A program made the position numbers and the translations under genes. From Microcella sp. (GTDB lineage: Bacteria; Actinomycetota; Actinomycetes; Actinomycetales; Microbacteriaceae): 64,000 bases of DNA. The notes below the pieces were generated by a model that was not told the origin of the DNA, searched no databases, and saw only the letters and a list, made by a program, of their open reading frames with translations. Shown in pieces: positions 41,881 to 50,493 of the stretch. Location of the stretch: assembly GCF_025808395.1 (NCBI RefSeq), contig NZ_CP075524.1:2287990-2351989 (forward strand). Direction: 5' to 3'. Position 1 is the first letter of the stretch. Every line of letters starts with the position of its first letter.

Positions 41881-43545
41881 GTGGTTTCCGTCAGTGAAGT
41901 GCTCATCATCCGTGGGTTGCTGCCCATCGAGACGCTCGACAAGGTGCGCGACGTCGGCGACGACGCCGTCGTGGGCGAGCTCATCGACAGTGGCCTTGTG
42001 TCGGCCTCGCAGGTCGCCTCAGCCAAGGCAGAGGTCGCCGGGCTGTCATTCGTCGAACTCGCTGAGTACCCCGTCGACCGCGCCGCCGTCGCTCTCGTGC
42101 CCGCCGCGCTCTGCCGTCGGCACAGCATCCTGCCCATTCACGCGACCGCCACCACGATCACGCTCGCGATGGTCGAGCCCGGCGACGTTCTCGCCATGGA
42201 CGACGTTCGCGCGCTCACTCGCATGCACGTCGTGGCGGTCGTTGCCGAGCGCAATGACCTGCTGGCGGCCATCAACCGGTTTCACCGCGCCGACAGCGAA
42301 CTCAGCGACCTCACCACGGCGATCGAAGAAGAGACGGCTCCGTCGCAGTCTGACGAGTTGGCGCTGCGCGATGCCGACCCCGACGATGCGCCGATCGTGC
42401 GGTTCGTCAACCTCATCATCGGGCAGGCGATTCAAGACCTCGCGTCTGACATCCACATCGAGCCCGGCGAGTTCGAGATGCGCGTGCGCTACCGCATCGA
42501 CGGCGTGCTGCACGATGTGCAGCAGGCGCCCAAGAACATTCAGAACGGTGTCATCTCGCGGCTCAAGATCATGAGCGACATCAACATCGCCGAACGTCGA
42601 CGCCCTCAAGACGGCCGCATGTCGGTGCAGCACGCCGGGCAGGTCATCGACTTGCGCGTGGCGACCCTGCCGACAGTGTTCGGCGAGAAGGTCGTCATGA
42701 GAATCCTCGACAACAACGCGACCCGTCGCGACATCGGTGAGCTCGGCATGCTCGAGCGCAATCTCACGGTCTACCGAAACTCCTACACCAAGCCGTACGG
42801 CATGATTCTGGTCACCGGCCCGACCGGGTCGGGAAAGTCGACGACGCTGTACACCACGCTGCACGCCGTCTCACGGCCCGAGATCAATGTGATCACCGTC
42901 GAAGACCCGGTCGAATACCGCATGGCGGGCATCAACCAGGTGCAGGTGAACCCCAAGGCCGGTCTCACCTTCGCGAGCGCGCTGCGCAGCATCCTGCGAT
43001 CTGACCCTGATGTCGTGCTCATCGGTGAGATCCGCGACCAAGAGACGGCGCAGATCGCCATCGAGGCCTCGCTCACCGGCCACCTCGTGCTCTCGACTCT
43101 GCACACCAACGATGCGCCGAGCGCCATCACCCGACTGATCGAGATGGATATCGAGCCGTTCCTGGTGGGCTCTGCACTCGACTGCGTGGTGGCCCAGCGA
43201 CTCGCCCGCCGCCTCTGCGACCGCTGCAAGCAGCTGCAAGAGTATGACACCGCCCACCTCGATCAGCTCGGGTTCGGTCGGCGCGAAGATGAGTTCTCGC
43301 CGCGGTTTTACCACGCTGTCGGCTGCTCGGCCTGCTCGGGCACGGGCTATCGTGGCCGGCTGGCGCTGCATGAGGTCATGCAGGTGAGCGAAGAGATCGA
43401 GCGGTTGGCGGTCGCGCGAGCGTCGAGCGTCGAGATCATGCACACCGCCACGGCGCAGGGCATGCTGACACTGCGTCAAGACGGCTGGGCGAAGGTGCGC
43501 GCCGGCATGACGTCGATCGAAGAGGTTTTGCGCGTCGTCGCGTGA
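41881..43545 (+). CDS. pilB: type IV pilus assembly (extension) ATPase, PilB/GspE family
   Basis: ORF 41761..43545; GTG 41881 is preferred because GGGGGGAGGG lies 6 nt upstream. It has an N-terminal GspE_N-like domain, Walker A VTGPTGSGKSTT, and the tetra-Cys motif CDRCK...CSACSGTGYRGR typical of extension ATPases. Confidence 0.88.
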   Translation: MVSVSEVLIIRGLLPIETLDKVRDVGDDAVVGELIDSGLVSASQVASAKAEVAGLSFVELAEYPVDRAAVALVPAALCRRHSILPIHATATTITLAMVEPGDVLAMDDVRALTRMHVVAVVAERNDLLAAINRFHRADSELSDLTTAIEEETAPSQSDELALRDADPDDAPIVRFVNLIIGQAIQDLASDIHIEPGEFEMRVRYRIDGVLHDVQQAPKNIQNGVISRLKIMSDINIAERRRPQDGRMSVQHAGQVIDLRVATLPTVFGEKVVMRILDNNATRRDIGELGMLERNLTVYRNSYTKPYGMILVTGPTGSGKSTTLYTTLHAVSRPEINVITVEDPVEYRMAGINQVQVNPKAGLTFASALRSILRSDPDVVLIGEIRDQETAQIAIEASLTGHLVLSTLHTNDAPSAITRLIEMDIEPFLVGSALDCVVAQRLARRLCDRCKQLQEYDTAHLDQLGFGRREDEFSPRFYHAVGCSACSGTGYRGRLALHEVMQVSEEIERLAVARASSVEIMHTATAQGMLTLRQDGWAKVRAGMTSIEEVLRVVA

Positions 43546-43637
43546 CGACGCGCTGTGCACGTGCGGCCGTGTCGGGGGGACGCGGCCGCACGGGGGTCGG
43601 CAACAATGACAGGCAATCACGAACCGAGGGGGAAGCA

Positions 43638-45119
43638 ATGACCGATCCACAGGGCGCGAGCGGAGCCGTCGACGCGACCGTGGGCGCGCGCAGGGTGTGG
43701 TCGGTCACGACCGACGACGCGATGCCGCCGCAGTCGGCGACTCCGCACCTTGCACCTCCTCCTCCGGTCGGCAGCCCCATCGCCACTCCGCCGCCGTCGC
43801 CGAGCGCCCCGCCGTTCGCCACGTCGGCGGCTGCATCGATACCGCTGTCTGCACCCAGCCCGATTGCTGTCGCTTCTCCGCAGCTCGCGCCGCCGCCCTC
43901 CGCACCGCCCATGCGGCTCGATGCCCCACCTCCGGTCGGCGCCGCCCCCCACGATGCACCGCCTCCGGTGAGCATCGGGGCGGTCACCATGCCGGGCATC
44001 CACCCCTCCCTGCTCAGCGCCCTCGACGATCTGGTCGCGCGCGGAGGCTCAGACCTTCACATCGCCGGCGACTCTCGCCCGATGCTGCGGGTCGACGGCG
44101 AGCTCGTGCCGGTCACCGACTCTGCCGTCTGGGCTCGTGCTGAGTCTGAATCGGTGCTCGGCAGCATCCTGACCGATCGGCAGCGCTCGGCATTCGAAGA
44201 CGAGTGGGAGCTCGACTTCGCGATCAGCCCGCGCGGCGACAACCGATTCCGTGTCAACTACTACCGCGAGCGCGACACCATCGCGGCGGCCTTCCGACTG
44301 ATCCCGAACGAGATCAAGTCGCTCAAGCAGCTCGGTGTGCCGAGCGTGGTCTCGCGCTTCGCCACTCTGCCGCGCGGTCTCGTGCTCGTCACGGGCCCCA
44401 CCGGTTCGGGCAAGTCGACCACGCTCGCAGCCCTCATCGATCTCGTGAACCGCTCTCGTGCCGACCACATCGTGACGATCGAAGACCCGATCGAGTTCGT
44501 GCACCAGAACCAGCGCTCGCTCGTCAACCAGCGCGAGGTCGGCGCAGACACGCACTCGTTCGCCGACGCTCTCAAGCGCGTGCTGCGCCAAGACCCCGAC
44601 GTCATCTTGATCGGTGAGCTGCGCGACCTCGAGACGGTCTCGACCGCCCTCACCGCGGCCGAGACCGGCCACCTCGTCTTCGCCACGCTGCACACCCAGT
44701 CGGCCGCGCAGACGATCGACCGCATCATCGACGTCTTTCCGCCGCATCAGCAGGGCCAGGTGCGCTCGCAGCTCGCGCTGACCCTGCAGGGTGTGGTCTG
44801 CCAGACCCTGCTGCCGCGCGCGACAGGCTCGGGCCGCATCATCGCCACCGAGATCATGGTCACGACGGGTGCCATCGCCAACCTCATCCGTGAGGGCAAG
44901 ACCTACCAGATTCCCTCGTCGCTGCAGGCGGGTCGAGAAGCCGGCATGCACACGATGGACCAGCACCTCGCCGATCTCGTCAACAGCCACATGGTGACGT
45001 ACGAGGCGGCGGTCGCGAAGATGCAAGACGCTGAGAGTTTCATGAGGCTCGTCCATGCGACGGGCTCACCCTCAGGTGCGGCTGCAGGCTTCGGCGACGT
45101 TGCAGGAGGGCAGCGCTAA
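43638..45119 (+). CDS. pilT: type IV pilus retraction ATPase PilT with a ~117-aa Pro-rich N-terminal extension
   Basis: It has Walker A VTGPTGSGKSTTLAAL, IIDVFP, and the PilT-specific motif AIANLIREGK. It has no tetra-Cys motif. ATG 43638 follows GAGGGGGAAG. Alternative starts are GTG 43542 (GTGA overlap with the pilB stop) and ATG 43989 (canonical length). Confidence 0.85.
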   Translation: MTDPQGASGAVDATVGARRVWSVTTDDAMPPQSATPHLAPPPPVGSPIATPPPSPSAPPFATSAAASIPLSAPSPIAVASPQLAPPPSAPPMRLDAPPPVGAAPHDAPPPVSIGAVTMPGIHPSLLSALDDLVARGGSDLHIAGDSRPMLRVDGELVPVTDSAVWARAESESVLGSILTDRQRSAFEDEWELDFAISPRGDNRFRVNYYRERDTIAAAFRLIPNEIKSLKQLGVPSVVSRFATLPRGLVLVTGPTGSGKSTTLAALIDLVNRSRADHIVTIEDPIEFVHQNQRSLVNQREVGADTHSFADALKRVLRQDPDVILIGELRDLETVSTALTAAETGHLVFATLHTQSAAQTIDRIIDVFPPHQQGQVRSQLALTLQGVVCQTLLPRATGSGRIIATEIMVTTGAIANLIREGKTYQIPSSLQAGREAGMHTMDQHLADLVNSHMVTYEAAVAKMQDAESFMRLVHATGSPSGAAAGFGDVAGGQR

Positions 45120-46351
45120 TGGCCTCTACATTGACCTATGCATACACCGGTCGTGATTCAACGGGCAAAGTCGTAAAGGGTCGGGTCGATGCTCCAGGAG
45201 AGGCCTCGGTCACGTCGAGGCTTCGAACCATGGGTATTGCGCCGATCTCTATACAGCAGGTATCTGCCGGGTCGGGTCTGAACCGCGAGATCTCGATGGG
45301 CGGACTCTTCGACAAGCGCGTGACCATGAAAGACCTGGCCGTCATGAGTCGCCAGATGGCGACCATGATCGGTGCCGGTCTGCCGCTGCTTCGAGCCTTG
45401 GCAATTCTCGCGGAACAGTCAGAGAACCCCAAGCTGGCTCAGACTCTCGAGGAGGTGCGTGCCGCCGTAGAGAGTGGTGCCACGTTCTCAGACTCTCTTG
45501 CGAAGCATCCAAAGGTGTTCCCGCCTCTCTTAATCAACATGGTGCGCGCAGGAGAGGTTGGCGGATTCTTGGAGTCTGCGCTGGAGTCAGTGGCGCGAAA
45601 CTACGAGAAGGAAGTGCAACTGCGCGCGACCATCAAGTCGGCTCTGACCTACCCGGTGGTGGTGCTCATCATGGCGCTGGTCGCCGTCGTCGGCATGATC
45701 CTCTTCATCGTTCCCATCTTCGAGCAGATGTTTGCTGACCTCGGCGGCACACTGCCCGTACCCACCCTCATACTCGTCGCCATCTCGAACAGTATGATCT
45801 GGCTGGGGCCGCTCCTACTGGTCGCGATGATCATCGGCACAGTGTGGTGGCGAGCGAACCGGCACACGCCCAAATTCCGGTCGGTGTACGAGCCGGCACT
45901 CTTGAAGATGCCGGTGTTTGGCCCACTCTTCGCCAAGGTCGCTATCGCTCGCTTCTCGCGCAACTTCTCGACAATGGTCGGATCTGGAGTGCCGATCTTG
46001 CAGGCACTCTCGATCATCGGCTCGACATCCGGCAACTGGCAGATTGAACAGGCGATCATCAAGGTGCAGGACTCTGTGAGGCAAGGACGCTCGATCTCAG
46101 CTCCGCTGCAAGAGGAATCGATCTTTCCGTCTATGGTGACCCAAATGATCGCGGTGGGCGAAGACTCGGGCGCTCTAGAAGCCATGCTCGACAAGATTGC
46201 CGACTTCTATGACGCCGAGGTTCAAAGCACGACCGAGCAACTCACGGCACTCATCGAACCGATCATGATCGCCTTCCTGGGAGTCATACTCGGGGGCATG
46301 ATCGTGGCTCTGTATCTGCCCATCTTCGACATCTTCAATCAGGTCCAGTAG
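45119..46351 (+). CDS. pilC: type IV pilus platform protein, PilC/GspF family
   Basis: 410-aa polytopic protein with duplicated T2SSF-type domains. It has a 1-nt TAATG overlap with pilT. Confidence 0.88.
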   Translation: MASTLTYAYTGRDSTGKVVKGRVDAPGEASVTSRLRTMGIAPISIQQVSAGSGLNREISMGGLFDKRVTMKDLAVMSRQMATMIGAGLPLLRALAILAEQSENPKLAQTLEEVRAAVESGATFSDSLAKHPKVFPPLLINMVRAGEVGGFLESALESVARNYEKEVQLRATIKSALTYPVVVLIMALVAVVGMILFIVPIFEQMFADLGGTLPVPTLILVAISNSMIWLGPLLLVAMIIGTVWWRANRHTPKFRSVYEPALLKMPVFGPLFAKVAIARFSRNFSTMVGSGVPILQALSIIGSTSGNWQIEQAIIKVQDSVRQGRSISAPLQEESIFPSMVTQMIAVGEDSGALEAMLDKIADFYDAEVQSTTEQLTALIEPIMIAFLGVILGGMIVALYLPIFDIFNQVQ

Positions 46352-46486
46352 GCGCGCCGAATGCCCCCCGCACTGGGGATGTTCGCGCCCGAACAACGCA
46401 TACATCATTAGTGGCGGGGGGCCGGTTTCATGTTCCGTGGGGGGCCCACCTATCAACCTTCACTTGATGGGAAAGGAAACGGACAC

Positions 46487-46894
46487 ATGTCCATCACTAC
46501 CGCACTGGAAACACAGCGACGTCGCATCGAGGACAACGAGAAGGGTTTCACCCTGATCGAGCTCTTGGTCGTCGTGCTCATCATCGGCATTCTCGCTGCG
46601 ATCGCCATCCCGGTCTTCATCGGCCAGCAGAACCAGGCCCGCGACGCTGCAGCGACCTCAGACCTCGCGAACATTCGCGTGGCTATGGTGTCGTACTCGG
46701 TCGCCGAAGGCGGCACCTTTGCAGGGGTCACCGTCGCTGACTTGCAAGGCAACGGCTATGTTCAATCGACCACCGCCGCTCCGACTATCGCCAGCGCAGA
46801 TGCCAACGGCTTTTGTGTGTGGGTGCAGTCAGACTCGGGTACCAACTTCCAGGTGACCGAGGCCGCTGGCGTGACTGAGGGCAACTGCACGTAA
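46487..46894 (+). CDS. pilA: major type IV prepilin
   Basis: ORF trimmed to ATG 46487, with GAAAGGAAA upstream. It has a 20-aa leader ending in Gly, then FTLIELLVVVLIIGILAAIAIPVF (Phe+1, Glu+5). Two C-terminal Cys (FCVWV...GNCT) suggest a disulfide loop. The mature protein is ~115 aa. Confidence 0.85.
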   Translation: MSITTALETQRRRIEDNEKGFTLIELLVVVLIIGILAAIAIPVFIGQQNQARDAAATSDLANIRVAMVSYSVAEGGTFAGVTVADLQGNGYVQSTTAAPTIASADANGFCVWVQSDSGTNFQVTEAAGVTEGNCT

Positions 46895-46933
46895 GCCTGA
46901 CAAGGCATGAAGACAGACGTCTTGTCTGTCGGC

Positions 46934-46968
46934 GGGGCGAGGGCACCAGCTTAGGTGCTCTCGTCCCC
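46934..46968 (+). terminator. candidate attenuator/terminator hairpin after the major pilin gene
   Basis: GGGGCGAGGGCACC-agctta-GGTGCTCTCGTCCCC forms an imperfect stem with one bulge and one mismatch. It is preceded by a smaller hairpin, GACAGAC-gtctt-GTCTGTC (46912-46930). Confidence 0.35.
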
Positions 46969-47030
46969 GTCGGGCCTCGCTGCAATGGAGAAGCAGAGCA
47001 GCGACAGCAATCTGACCGGGGGGAGCAGAG

Positions 47031-47447
47031 ATGAAAAGCGTCGAGACAGCACACCGATTTGCCGCTTCGCACGATCGCGAAGCGGGTTTCGGCTTGATCG
47101 AGATCGTCGTCTCGATGTTCCTCCTCGCACTCCTCGCCGTTGCGTTTGCGCCAGTTCTCATCTCTGCCATTCGCGCGAGCGCTGCGAACACCACCACGGC
47201 GACAGCTACCCAGCTGGTCAATGAGCGCATGCAGATTGCCCAATCACTCAGCCCAATCTGCGCGAACGTCGCCGGCCTGGTGGGCTCGGCCACTCTTGTC
47301 GACTCCCGCGACGTGACCATTGAGGTCACGACCATCGTGGGGGAGTGTCCCGGGGTTGTTGGCACCGTCCGCGTCGAGAGTGTCGCAGTTCGCCTTGACA
47401 CAGAAGAAGAGTTGGCGCGCGCGTCGACGCTGGTGTTTGTCGAATGA
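47031..47447 (+). CDS. minor pilin (prepilin-type N-terminal cleavage/methylation domain)
   Basis: 138 aa. The leader ends ...DREAG, then FGLIEIVVSMFLLALLAVAFAPVL (Glu+5). It has two Cys. It overlaps the next gene by ATGA. Confidence 0.7.
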   Translation: MKSVETAHRFAASHDREAGFGLIEIVVSMFLLALLAVAFAPVLISAIRASAANTTTATATQLVNERMQIAQSLSPICANVAGLVGSATLVDSRDVTIEVTTIVGECPGVVGTVRVESVAVRLDTEEELARASTLVFVE

Positions 47448-48031
47448 CACTTGCGCAGCGACTCCAAGGCTACGAGCAACGGCGAGACCGTGGACTGACA
47501 CTCGTCGAGCTCGTCGTCGCGGCAAGCCTTCTCTCTCTCGTGCTTGTGGTGGTGGGCGGTATCTTCACCAGCTTGATCAATGCAGAGCGCACGGTGACTC
47601 CCCAAAGCCAGGGTGCGACCGCCGCTCAGCTGGCTGCGAGTTCCATCAGCACAGCGATCCGCAACTCGTCGGAGTTTCGCATCACCGACGTGGGGGCAGA
47701 CCAGCTACTGGTTGCTCGCGTCGCCGGTACGGCCGCGAACATCGAATGGTCGTGCCAGGCGTGGTACTTCACGACGGCCGGCGACGGAGAGATCCGCTCT
47801 ACCATCGTGAACGATGGTGCCGCCATACTTGCACCCACCCCGGCACAACTGGCCGACTGGACTCTGCTAATCGCTGGGGTTGCACCACCAGCGGGTCAGA
47901 ACGTCTTCGTTGCAGCAGGATCCAGCTTGACTGTCGCGTTCGACGCGGATGCTGGCGATTCACCAACTATCGCGATCCGACTGACGGCCGCGAGTCTCAC
48001 CTCCGCGGGAGAGGAAGCCACATGTTTCTGA
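47444..48031 (+). CDS. minor pilin (prepilin-type N-terminal domain, PilW/GspJ-like size)
   Basis: 195 aa. The leader ends ...RRDRG, then LTLVELVVAASLLSLVLVVVGGIF (Glu+5). Confidence 0.7.
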   Translation: MTLAQRLQGYEQRRDRGLTLVELVVAASLLSLVLVVVGGIFTSLINAERTVTPQSQGATAAQLAASSISTAIRNSSEFRITDVGADQLLVARVAGTAANIEWSCQAWYFTTAGDGEIRSTIVNDGAAILAPTPAQLADWTLLIAGVAPPAGQNVFVAAGSSLTVAFDADAGDSPTIAIRLTAASLTSAGEEATCF

Positions 48032-49659
48032 CCAATTTGGTGCGTCGAGTTCGCTCTGACGACCACGGCGTCGCTCTCGCCTCTGTCATCGGCATGATGG
48101 CGGTGGGGCTCATACTCACTGCAGTCATATCGACCACAGTGGTGAGCTCGGTCAGCTTCACGTCTCTTACACGGGCTGGTGTGCAGTCGCAGGCCGGTGC
48201 CGAAGCGGGAGTCGCGGCCGCGCGCGCGGGTCTTGTCGCCGGCACTTGCGTCGTCAACGGCGGTGTCTATGAGAATGTCCCTGGCGAAGAGCCCGTTTTC
48301 GAGGCGACGATCTGGCTCGAGACACCAAGTGGCTGGACGCGAGGTTGCCCGACCAACACTTCGACGCAGGTGCGGATTCTCTCGACAGGATTCGCCTCCG
48401 AGACCGGAGCCGGGCAATCATCGGCTCGTGATGAGGCACAGCTAGAGGCAGTGCTGGGCTCAGTCACCGGGACGGGCGGCATCTTTCCGAGCGGCCCCGC
48501 CATCTACGCGTATAGCGCTTCAGGGTTCGGCGGGTCCGGAACACTCCTTGCTGTCGACGGTTCAAGCCCCAGCGTCTTGGTCAAGCAGGGAAACGTCACG
48601 TGCTCCGGCGCCAGCGGAGGTGATGCCGACTGGGTTGTCGACAACGGCAACTTGACCATCAGTGGATCGTGCCACATCGCTGGTAATGCGTGGGCGTCAG
48701 GTTTCACCACGATGTCGGGTGGCGTGCGCGTGAACGGCAACCTGGTGTCAAACGGCATTGACGTTTCGGGAAGCTCGGTCGTTCAAGGCAATGCTTGGTC
48801 GACGACTGGGATCACGTTGAGCGGCGGTGGCACCACCATCGGCGGCAACGCAAGTGCGAACGCACTCACCATGAATTCGAGCACTCGCATCGGGGGAAAC
48901 GCCTGGGTGGCAACAAACACGTACATGACGTGGGGCAGCCAGATCGGCGGTCGATTGACAACGCAAAGCCGCACTGGCCCCAGCGGCACGGTTGGTTCGT
49001 TGTCGTTGATTCCGGCCGGTCCTGGCCCGAGCCCGTACCTGACTCCGCCCCGACCGTTCGTTCCAGATTGGGTCGACTATCGGTTCGACCCAGACCTGTG
49101 GCCGGGCTTCACTGTTGTCACCTTGAGCGGAGCCTGCAACTATGGCACGTTCAACACCGCACTCGCCACCATTGGGTCGAGTCAAGGCGTGATTGATGCG
49201 CGTGGATGCACGAATGGCGAGTTCAATCCAGGAAGCTGGCAGAAGTTGAATCTCGTAAATGACGTCGCCATTATTGCAAACCGGTTCACCATGAACGGGA
49301 GCGCCGGGTTCACCGCCACCAACGATGTGCGGCTGTGGCTCATCACCCCCGACACTGTCATCGACGGCTTGCCTACGTGCCCTTCAGGTGCTTCGTTCAC
49401 GATCGGAGGCTCGTTCACCTTCTCGACGCCGATCTCGACCCTCATCTACACACCCTGTGATGCGAACATCGCCTCGGGCCTTCGCATCAAAGGACAACTG
49501 TTTGCCGGTGAGGTTAGCGTTGGCGGGGCCGCTCAGATCTCTTATGACCCCATTGGTATCCCCGGCGTCAACCTCTCGACCGGCGAGCAGTCAGCCGGTG
49601 GCACCTCTGAGTCTGACCGGCAAGTACTTTGGATCCGGTCGGTCAACGGTGTCGGCTAG
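48022..49659 (+). CDS. large Glu5-less minor pilin / putative pilus tip protein (PilX/GspK-like N-terminus, beta-helix-like repeats)
   Basis: ORF 47320..49659 trimmed to ATG 48022, with GGGAGAGGAAG upstream. The N-terminus ...SDDHG then VALASVIGMMAVGLILTAV has Ser at +5. There are G-N-A-W / G-N-x repeats at 48682-48960. 545 aa. Confidence 0.6.
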   Translation: MFLTNLVRRVRSDDHGVALASVIGMMAVGLILTAVISTTVVSSVSFTSLTRAGVQSQAGAEAGVAAARAGLVAGTCVVNGGVYENVPGEEPVFEATIWLETPSGWTRGCPTNTSTQVRILSTGFASETGAGQSSARDEAQLEAVLGSVTGTGGIFPSGPAIYAYSASGFGGSGTLLAVDGSSPSVLVKQGNVTCSGASGGDADWVVDNGNLTISGSCHIAGNAWASGFTTMSGGVRVNGNLVSNGIDVSGSSVVQGNAWSTTGITLSGGGTTIGGNASANALTMNSSTRIGGNAWVATNTYMTWGSQIGGRLTTQSRTGPSGTVGSLSLIPAGPGPSPYLTPPRPFVPDWVDYRFDPDLWPGFTVVTLSGACNYGTFNTALATIGSSQGVIDARGCTNGEFNPGSWQKLNLVNDVAIIANRFTMNGSAGFTATNDVRLWLITPDTVIDGLPTCPSGASFTIGGSFTFSTPISTLIYTPCDANIASGLRIKGQLFAGEVSVGGAAQISYDPIGIPGVNLSTGEQSAGGTSESDRQVLWIRSVNGVG

Positions 49660-50485
49660 CCTGGTCGCACCCGCGATCGTTGCGGCGCTACTAGGTGCGA
49701 TGATCGGCTCATTTCTGAACGTGGTGATCCACCGTGTGCCCGCTGGCCGTTCGATCGTTCGACCAGCCAGCGCCTGCCCCGCCTGTGGAGCACGCGTGCG
49801 ACCTCGTGACAACGTTCCAATCGTGTCGTGGTTGCTTCTCAAGGGTCGTTGCCGCGACTGCGACGCCCAAGTATCGCGCCGCTACCCGATCATCGAACTG
49901 GTCACCGCGGCCGCTTTCGCTGGTGTCACCCTCGTCATGGCGGGCGCAGTACTCGATGCTCGCTCGGTGCCATATGCCCTCGCTGCAGTAACCGCACTCG
50001 TCGCGCATCTCTACTTCGCGTCGATCTCGATCGCACTTGCGGCGATAGATCTCGACACGCATCGGCTACCCGATGCAATCGTCCTTCCGTCATACGCGGT
50101 GGGTGGAGCATTGCTATCGATTGCTGCGATCGCCGCCGACGATCTCGAGGGGCTGGCGACTGCGGCCGCCGGTGCAGGAATCCTCTTCAGTCTCTACTTG
50201 ACGCTCGCCATGATCACGCCGCGCGGGATGGGTATGGGCGATGTCAAGCTTTCGGGCCTCATCGGCCTCTACCTAGGGTGGGCAGGATGGTCAGCGATCG
50301 CCGTCGGCACACTCGCTGCATTTTTGCTCGGTGGTGTGCTCGGCATCATTCTCCTCGCCACTCGGCGGGCGAGTCGCAACACCGGAATACCCTTCGGGCC
50401 GTGGATGCTAGGGGGAGCCTGGATGGGAATCATGCTCGGTGAGCCGATCGCGCAGGGCTATCTCGCGATCTTTGGTCTGGACTAA
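49649..50485 (+). CDS. pilD: prepilin peptidase (A24 family, PilD)
   Basis: ORF 49325..50485 trimmed to GTG 49649. It has the N-terminal CPACG...CRDC zinc motif. The first catalytic Asp lies in GMGMGDVKL and the second region is IPFGPWMLGG. It is polytopic, 278 aa. Confidence 0.85.
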   Translation: MSASLVAPAIVAALLGAMIGSFLNVVIHRVPAGRSIVRPASACPACGARVRPRDNVPIVSWLLLKGRCRDCDAQVSRRYPIIELVTAAAFAGVTLVMAGAVLDARSVPYALAAVTALVAHLYFASISIALAAIDLDTHRLPDAIVLPSYAVGGALLSIAAIAADDLEGLATAAAGAGILFSLYLTLAMITPRGMGMGDVKLSGLIGLYLGWAGWSAIAVGTLAAFLLGGVLGIILLATRRASRNTGIPFGPWMLGGAWMGIMLGEPIAQGYLAIFGLD

Positions 50486-50493
50486 GGGGCAGC

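Noticed and set aside
43436-43999. 187-aa Gly-rich minus-strand ORF opposite the Pro-rich PilT extension
   Set aside because: It is the complement of CCN Pro codons (GGN Gly runs), which is an artefact of the low-complexity region.
47320-48021. Upstream 234 codons of ORF 47320..49659, and likewise 49325-49648 of the pilD ORF
   Set aside because: These stretches overlap the two minor pilin genes (and, for pilD, the large pilin) in other frames and translate to Arg-rich sequence. Internal starts with an SD (48022) or just before the first TM helix (49649) fit the family architectures.
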